Shown here one piece after another: positions 52,900 to 60,362 of a stretch of DNA of 60,362 nucleotides; position 1 is the first letter of the stretch; every line of letters starts with the position of its first letter. The notes below the pieces were generated by a model. That model was given only the letters and a program-made list of their open reading frames with translations. It was not told where the DNA came from and did no database searches. Made by a program: the position numbers and the translations under genes. Source of the DNA: Catajapyx aquilonaris (Eukaryota); contig JYFJ02002241.1 in assembly GCA_000934665.2 (NCBI GenBank), forward strand, positions 1 through 60,362, written 5' to 3'.

Positions 52900-53179
52900 T
52901 TCTGCTAAAAACCGTTCGTAATTGGGGTACAAATCATTTGATAAGTTTCTATCTTTTTAGATGCCGCCAACAAAGTCATCCGAGGTAGACAGCCGGGCCC
53001 AGGTAGCTGCTGCACAACGGGAGGTAGCTGCTGCACAACGGGAGGTAGCTGCCCTGTTTAGTAGTCTGGCTTGATTTGTTGAGTGGGAGGAGAAGGGGGA
53101 TGAATCAGTTGGGGACCATTCCTTCTGTTATACTCACAGGTTTTTACTAAATCAGCATTGTTCTCCCATAAGGCATAGA

Positions 53180-53338
53180 TATGCAAAGATAAGAATGACG
53201 GGAGGGTTACGAGTGTTTTCCTCTGCCCAATTTCTTCCAAGAAAGGAGCCCCCATATGATTCTAAAACATTGAAGGCTTTTGAGACGAATCCTTCGAGTT
53301 TCAGCGCATAAGCTTACAGATTTACAGCAATTAAGGTA
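53180..53338 (+). repeat. Dispersed ~160-bp repeat, copy 2
   Basis: Matches 41025-41183. Confidence 0.85.
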
Positions 53339-53685
53339 TTTCTTAAGCCATATCTGAGGGGTGGGGCTTTGCGGGTAAGCCCTATCCTTTTACACAGGGT
53401 GACGTAAGAAATACCAACCCTCTTTCACAGAAATATTTTCCATCCGACGACATGAAAATATACTATACAAGGAAAATATGTTATAGAATTTTTGAAGTTA
53501 AATTAAATATTCCTGAAGCTCCTAGTACTACAACATATAGATATAATATTACGCGTTACAAGTGCCTTAAAAATCGACCGAAGTATGGCAATGTTGCGTA
53601 ACCTCAGCAGTTGTGTGCCGAAGGTGTCATGGCGGCCTCCAGATCCCCTCAGAACTCGCTGTCTCGTATAGTACCGGACAAGACC

Positions 53686-54412
53686 ATGTCGAAACGCCAG
53701 CCATTTCGGTGGAAGGGGAAGTTGGTGACCGAAGCTGTGTATCGCAAGAGACTCGCCCAGCGAGAATACGCACAAGGAAAAGCCAAGAAACCAGTCGATC
53801 GCAATGAAGACGAGTGTGTTGTGAAGGGGCGTCGTCTGGTTGACTTCAGTGTACTGGCAAAGTACATGCGTTGTCGCATGTGCGACGCAATGATGTCCTT
53901 AGAAAACATTGAGGGAGAAGACCAGCATGGCTTGGGTTTTGTGTTGCACATCCGCTTTCTGCATTTTGTGTTTGTCAACCCAGTGCCCACCAGCATGTCG
54001 GCATGGGTGGCAGGCAGACCCTCTTCGACGTAAAGAGCAGGATCCATCTACTTCAAGAGTCACTTGCAATGAGGAATTTCTTGGCACACCTGACACCAAG
54101 AGGAGGCGAGTGGTCAGTGACCGTGCAGCTCCCTTCATTGCTACAGGTACTCCAATGAGCCAAAAGAGTGGCATCCAAAGTAGGGGACGACAGCGCACAT
54201 CAGTCATTGGTCACTCTCAGGGACGTGGTGCGCCTCATGGTTGCATATGACATGGGGTTCAGCTGCAGGGGCAATGGTCACAGTTATGACAGTTTGAATG
54301 GCTATGGAGCATTGATAGGATGTCACAGGGGGCTTGTGTTAGACTATGGTACTAGGAACAGAAAGTGTAAAAAATATTACTTAGGCCACCCAAAAAAGGA
54401 CCATGATTGTAG
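53686..54412 (+). pseudogene. Mutator-like / Kolobok-type transposase remnant
   Basis: GRRLVDFSVLAKYMRCRMC..LENIEGEDQHGLG and AYDMGFSCRGNGHSYDSLNGYGALIG..VLDYGTRNRKC..HDCR. Confidence 0.75.
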
Positions 54413-54439
54413 ACTTTTATTCATGCTTGCACATGTTCA

Positions 54440-54600
54440 GCCAGCTAGATACACTACACAAGCAAAAGATGTACTTCAGGAATCGAGGGTGGTACTACAT
54501 TGAACCAGTAGAAGTAACATTGGGTCAGCGCTATGATCAAAGATACAGCAATGTCACAGTCAGGCAAATCATGAGAGAGAACGAAAAGGTGGTTCATATT
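54440..54600 (+). pseudogene. Possible CMC/EnSpm transposase fragment
   Basis: DTLHKQKMYFRNRGWYYIEPVEVTLGQR resembles the YF..P.E..LG region of animal EnSpm transposases. Confidence 0.4.
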
Positions 54601-55009
54601 TGCCTTCCGGTCCCCCGCAATGGGCTAGGAAATTGATTACATGTGGTACCACTTTCCTACGAAGGACGGGGGTCGGTCCAAGCAGGGTTCATTTCCAAGA
54701 AATGAAAACATGCTGTACAGCAAGAGTAGAAGGGTCAAGGGAGCACACATGGAATTTTTCGCCCTTTGTGACATGTACTGTATATCGGACAAAATTGCGT
54801 CGCTGTCCGCATCCGGACAGCAGTTCAATAGCCCTGCCCTGGAGGAATTATGAGTGACACGTGCATACTGTGTCCGGATTCCCTCGATAGTGGAATGGCC
54901 GTCGTTAATGTAGAATGCAGGGATTTGGAGGGATTGAAATCGGCGAGTGCGCTCAGAAAAGACCAGCAGGCCAAGGAAACCAAGAAAATGGCACAGGCGG
55001 CGTGTCATT

Positions 55010-55830
55010 CATGAAGTGGTGACCATTACGACAAGCACAGCTGGCACAATATTGTATGAAAAATGGTACACTGACATAAAAAGGTTGCCAGAAGGAGAAA
55101 ACCTGCGCATTGGTGAAGCTGCAGCCGAAATCATCCGGCAGGATATCCATGGTACAGTCTATCGCACCGACACTTAGCCTGCTGCAGATCCTACCTCCTT
55201 GTCATGTGATGATAATTTACCGTCCACATTAGCACACTTTCTGAAGAAGGTCATAACTTCCAAAAGTGTCAAGGAAGTAGTTGTGAATCGCAAGCGTGCA
55301 GCTATCGGTGAGGCTGTAGTAGGGGTGTACACCCATCGACATTATGGCTCAAGACATATAGTGGACATTGTCAGCAGTCTGTCGTTTTCTGTTACATACA
55401 AGAAGGTTCAGAGGTGAGTATGAGGATGACAGAATAATGACTTGTAATTAATGTATCACAATCACATTTACTTCCAAAATCACATGGGTTTCACTTTTAA
55501 AAAAATTTACATACAGGTACGAATTCTCAATGATGGAGACCTCTAAGGCCGTCCAGGCTATTCGCGAAGGTGAAGAGTACACGCAGTATGAGTTTGACAA
55601 TGCTCATTGCGACATCAAGGCAATGAATGGACTTGGAACGTTCCATATCATGGGAGGCATGCGATTTACAGCGCCAGCGAAGACCCAGACTCAGCGAGAC
55701 ACCACGCATCCTGAGTCCCCCACCTGCCACTGAGATTTCTACCAATGGGAGAATGATTGTTGTGTGGTATAAGAAGCCGCCAAATCCTGGTCTGAAAGGC
55801 GTGACTGTTAGAGGGCTGGGAGACCTCAAC
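55010..55830 (+). pseudogene. DNA-transposon protein remnant, probably Academ-like
   Basis: ILYEKWY..RIGEAAAEIIRQDI and GVYTHRHYGSRHIVDIVSSLSFSVTY, then an intron near 55414-55517, then YEFDNAHCDIKAMNGLGTFHIMGGM. Confidence 0.5.
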
Positions 55831-56048
55831 GATCACGTCTCAAGGTGGGTGACTAAAATTAGGTCGGGCGCACTCACGAGAAAAACCAAGCTTATGCCGC
55901 GCCGCCACTCTATTCGAGGTATTAATTCATTATTTTATTTTCCTTACAGATCAGTGGAAATCGGTCTAGCAATGGCTGTCAGTCAAAAATGAAATCATCC
56001 TCCAGCATAGTAAAATTTTCTATAGTTCAAGAAGTACGGGACAGCTAG

Positions 56049-56170
56049 TTGGGCGTCCACAGCGTAAAATGCGATGGCACACGTGATGCTGCTGGCTCGG
56101 AAAGCTTTGCAATTGTGGTTCGTTGTGTTGCAGCTGACATCAGGGTTGAAGCCACTGGACTTTTGAAGTG
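56049..56170 (+). pseudogene. hAT transposase fragment (first catalytic Asp region)
   Basis: HSVKCDGTRDAAGSESFAIVVRCV. Confidence 0.55.
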
Positions 56171-58751
56171 TATATCTGAGAATACCAATTTCATTATGTC
56201 TGCCGGGTGTTCATCTGCTCTGCAGCGAAATAATATTAATTTTTTTCTTCGTACAGAAATCCCAGGTTTTTCTCCACCCTGGATCAAACGCTGGAGCAAC
56301 TATATGAGAGATTCAGAGAAGGACGATCTGAACTGTACAACACCATTGCTTCACTTTTGCCCCGTTCAGGTGACTCTTTCCTTACGAAGGAAAAATTGCG
56401 ACCACTTCTACAACTGGAACTTGTTGGATCCATAATTGATTAGAGTGGCAAAGACTCTCATTCAAGAGCAGCTCTCTGACGAAACGGATATAATTTCTAT
56501 GCCCTTGCAAGGATTTCCTAACTTGCACAGTATCTACCCGATGAACATCGTGTCGCCAACTTGTGGCGGGCCGACAGGTGGCATATTTGCGACGCGTCGC
56601 TAGCGACATCCGCGCTATTGTGCCGCCTTCTTTGGATGATAGATCTTAACAATTTATTTCCCGGGCAATATGCTGTCTTATTTTTATTGCCTGCAAATCG
56701 GTGTGGTCACTGCAGATATTCTGAGAATTGACTATATATTGACACAGAAACCCATTTTGCTAGGGACATATAAACTGAGTTATACAGTATACATGCCACC
56801 AGGAATTAGTGCAATGCAAAATGAACAAGCTGAGTTATTGGCTTCTTTTCTCTTATTCTCAGTTCAGTTTATTTTTATTGGATTGAATGTAATTAAAATG
56901 GAATGAATCACACATTACTAGGGCTCAGTATTAGCAACTGCTGCGACATATTAACAGTTGAACATGCTAAAACCAGAACTTCTTTTAAACTGCAGAAAAA
57001 ATCCCAATAAGGATGCAGTTAATTTGAGGTTCCTTAATATAAAAAATAGAAAAAGGTTTACAGCGTTTCTCGTGTGAACCAAATAAGTCCTGCATGCTGA
57101 TTAAAATGTCCATTTTACTCATGCTATAGCATGAGGTGAGCTTTGTCTTTGTAACATACTTTTTTTTTTACTTCACAGTGTATTAACTACATTTGTTATG
57201 ATAAGTAAGATGACATTTCAATTGATATCTGCAATTATTTTAGATGATATACGGGTACTTCTTGCCCGCCAAAAGGCACAAGAGTCTGAAATTTACACAG
57301 ATGTGAACTCAACGGAATTGGAAGATGTTGCAAGGAGGAGGAGGAGAAGAAAACGCTTGTACCCTGTAAGATCATCATCGGAAAGTGACCACGAGGCTCT
57401 CCCATTACCAAAAAAGAAGAAAAAGAAGAAAGCATCTGCAGGAAGTATGCGCCGTTATCATTAAACTACGAATTATTTGTCGATAGTATTACCATTTTAC
57501 TTTCCTTTCATGCAGAATACAGAAGGCTTCCCCGACTACCACCACTTCAGCTAGATGAAGAGGTACCCATCAGCTCCAGCCCAAGAGTTGGGCATCTCCA
57601 AGGTGCATATAGCCGCAACTGATTTTTCTGTGCAATCACCATTTCCCCGGGAAAAAAGTAAGTTATAATAACTAAACACATATATAGGAAAGGGCAAAGA
57701 AAATATAACTTATTCTTCAGGAGTATGCTATCTCATGAAACTACCCTTATATCGTCATGTGCAGTTTTACTGCCACAATGCATTTAGCTATTGCTCACCT
57801 GCCAAATGAAGTTATCATAATGTGGAGTGTTGCATTAGGCCATTGTTTATTGTCCAATTTATTTGGTGTGACAGACCATAGCATGTATCACTTACACAGG
57901 TCATTTGTCTTATTTCAGTTATTTTGCAACATTTTGGCATGCCTCTGCCAGCTGAAAAAATTATGTTGGAACATTTTTATTTCATAGGTTTCAGACAAGG
58001 CCTTGCCCAGCAACTGCCACAGCTTCAGCAACCACGCCATAGTGGTGAGGATAACCTTAGTGGTGATAACGATAGTGATGAGGATAACATTTTTGCTAAA
58101 AATCTCCATGAATCATGACATGTGACTGTTGTGAGTGCAATAACATTATTCTTTAATTTCCTAGGTTCTAACATAGGAGAAGAGCAATCAAGCTTTGCAC
58201 AAGACTTAACTGCACTGGAACAAATTGACATGTTCCATTCGTAATTGTTCATTATTAGTATAATTACTGACGCATGATCTGTAGAGAAAATATATGTCCA
58301 CATTAGCAGCAGCAGGTGACCGTCGAGAGGACGTTTTCGTACCTGCGCTTTATCCTGAGTGCCCTATGAAGTCGCCTATCACGTAGCGATGTCAACGACA
58401 TCCTCCTCGTATGGTGCAACAGGCTATTCCAAAAGGAGGAGTAAAACTAATGAAAATTATTTTCTAAATTCAGAGTGCTGTTATATCATTTTGTTTTCTT
58501 GTTATGTGGAGGTTATAAGATGTTATTGGTGAAAGACACTTGTTATCTCCTGCACATGTGATTATTATTTATAATCTTGGGAAAGCTTCCATTTTTATTA
58601 TTTTTATTATTTTTGTTCTGATGGGAAGTTTCAGAAATAATTACTCAAGATATACATTTGCACTCGTTTTGTAGCCAGCAAAACAAAATGTTACAACTGT
58701 TTGTAAGATAACACTGCCTTTGGTATAATATAATATATCAGGCTCATAAAA

Positions 58752-59581
58752 ATGGGTGCCATACAAGACCATTACCTCGGACATCGTATCCTAGATGATC
58801 TGACTGAGCTGATGGCGTTGGAAGTCCGTGAAAAAATCATCGAGAGAGTGAAACGTGCCAAATATTTTTCAGTGATTCTTGACTGTACTCCCGATGTCAG
58901 TCACCAGGAGCAGATGACACTGGTAATCCAGATTGTGGATGTGACAGAATCAAACGTGGTTGTAGCTGAACACTTCTTGAAATTTTTGCGTGTGCTTGAC
59001 AAGACAGGGAAACAGGCCTATCAGAGTCACTGCTAGCTAGTCTCGATGAACTTGGGACTTGCCATTAGGGACAAGGGTATGACAATGGCGCAAATATGAA
59101 GGGACACAACTAAGGAGTTCAAGCTCGCATTCTGTAAATTAATCCCCGAGCTTTCTTCACATCATGTGGCTCCCATAATTTGAACCAGGTTTTATAAGAT
59201 ATAGTTCAAGTGTATTCCACAAGCAATGGCTTTTTTTGGGGTGATTCAGAGACTATACACCATTTTCGCGCACTCAACAAACAGGTGGCACATTTTAAAG
59301 AAACACACACACATAAGTGTTAAACCATTATCGGACACACGATGGGAATGCCGGGTGGAAAGTGTCAAGGCAATTCGTCATCAGACCAGTGGCATCAGGG
59401 ATGCCCCGATTGAATTGTGCGACACAACATATGATGCAAAAATCAAGGGTGAAGCGGAATCTTTGGTCGAGCATGAACTTGAAAATTTCGAATTCTTGAT
59501 TGCTACGATCATCTGGTACGACATCCTTTTCACTGTGAACACTGTCAGTAAAATGCTACAATCTCAGAACATGCAGTGGAT
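58752..59581 (+). pseudogene. hAT transposase remnant (ZMYM1/DUF4371-like), copy 2
   Basis: HYLGHRI..IIERVKRAKYFSVILDCTPDVSHQEQM, LSDTRWECR and IWYDILFTVNTVSKMLQ. Confidence 0.9.
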
Positions 59582-59909
59582 AGGTAATGGAGTAAATATG
59601 ACACTGACAATATATCTCTATCTCTATAAATAAGGAAGCTTCATTGTTAGTTTGGATGTTTGTCCCTTATAGAAATCCAGGGGAAGGCCCCTACACTGCC
59701 TTAAATTAGCATATCGGGGGTTACTTTTTCCAAGGAATCTAACGCCGCATGTTTCAGCTTCCGAAAATGTACCTAACTCCCACAACACGCATATTCCTGC
59801 CTCAACAATTAGCTTACAATAATAACAATAAATCAATTTGCATTCCCATGGAAATGCCTCGCTTTTTTTAGCTATTTACCTCCCTGCATCGTACCGCAGG
59901 GAGGGAACC

Positions 59910-60241
59910 TTTATTTCGTCTTGATGGAACCTTTTTGACGTAGCGCCCGGGCCCACGGGCAGGGTGACTGGGAGGGGATGTGCAAGATGCAAGTGCAATT
60001 CTCAAACGGTATATTTTGTGAACTCCCCCGGGTGGATTAGTCTGAGGAGATTCCACCCGAAACGAAGCCAGAGACGACCCAACTCTGCACGGGATGAAGG
60101 AGGGAACCCCGGGCTGGGTTCGAACCCGACGTTTCCGCAGCGCCACTTTGTCTCCCCTAGGAAATGCCCTTATGCCACAATACCTAGCAAATTAAACCAT
60201 CTCCGTAAATTCAGCGCATCCACCAATTACGCTAATTGGCC
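59910..60241 (-). mobile_element. Candidate second tRNA-derived SINE family
   Basis: On the minus strand: box A-like TAGCGTAATTGG (60234-60223), box B GGTTCGAACCC (~60126-60116), an ATTGCACTTGCA..CCCTCCC core shared with the 47730 SINE, and AATAAA near 59910. The post-box-B segment also matches 36087-36126 on the plus strand. Confidence 0.45.
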
Positions 60242-60362
60242 ACCTCACGTGACTTCGTATCTTACGGTAATTCTGGGATTTTGTGGGATTTGAAACTAGA
60301 CTTCCAGACAAGGTAAATACAATTAAATAATATAGTACTTGCAAAATATTACTCCGTGTTGA

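Noticed and set aside
53002..53052. 21-bp tandem repeat encoding VAAAQRE units in a tiny ORF
   Set aside because: About 2.5 copies in a ~37-codon frame with no further support, so it was treated as a minisatellite.

Overview
This is eukaryotic DNA, very probably arthropod: short spliceosomal introns, a gustatory-receptor gene and no prokaryotic gene organisation. The window is a dense graveyard of short transposon fragments from many superfamilies (CMC/EnSpm, LINE, SINE, Penelope-like, hAT, Tc1/mariner, Transib, Sola, Gypsy, Helitron, PIF/Harbinger, Mutator-like/Kolobok, probable Academ) plus a Polinton-type packaging ATPase fragment. Only one clearly intact host gene was found, a 4-exon gustatory receptor (15741-17177, minus strand). 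Next to it is a candidate orphan secreted Pro/Arg-rich protein gene, also on the minus strand. The most striking feature is orientation: about 25 recognisable TE fragments read on the plus strand versus about 3 on the minus strand, the architecture expected of a flamenco-like uni-strand piRNA cluster. Other notable items are a type I hammerhead ribozyme in a ~236-bp insert flanked by direct repeats, a LINE and a tRNA-derived SINE sharing a 3' stem-loop, and a 147-bp near-perfect palindrome. All family assignments come from motif recognition by eye, not database searches, and boundaries of decayed fragments are approximate.
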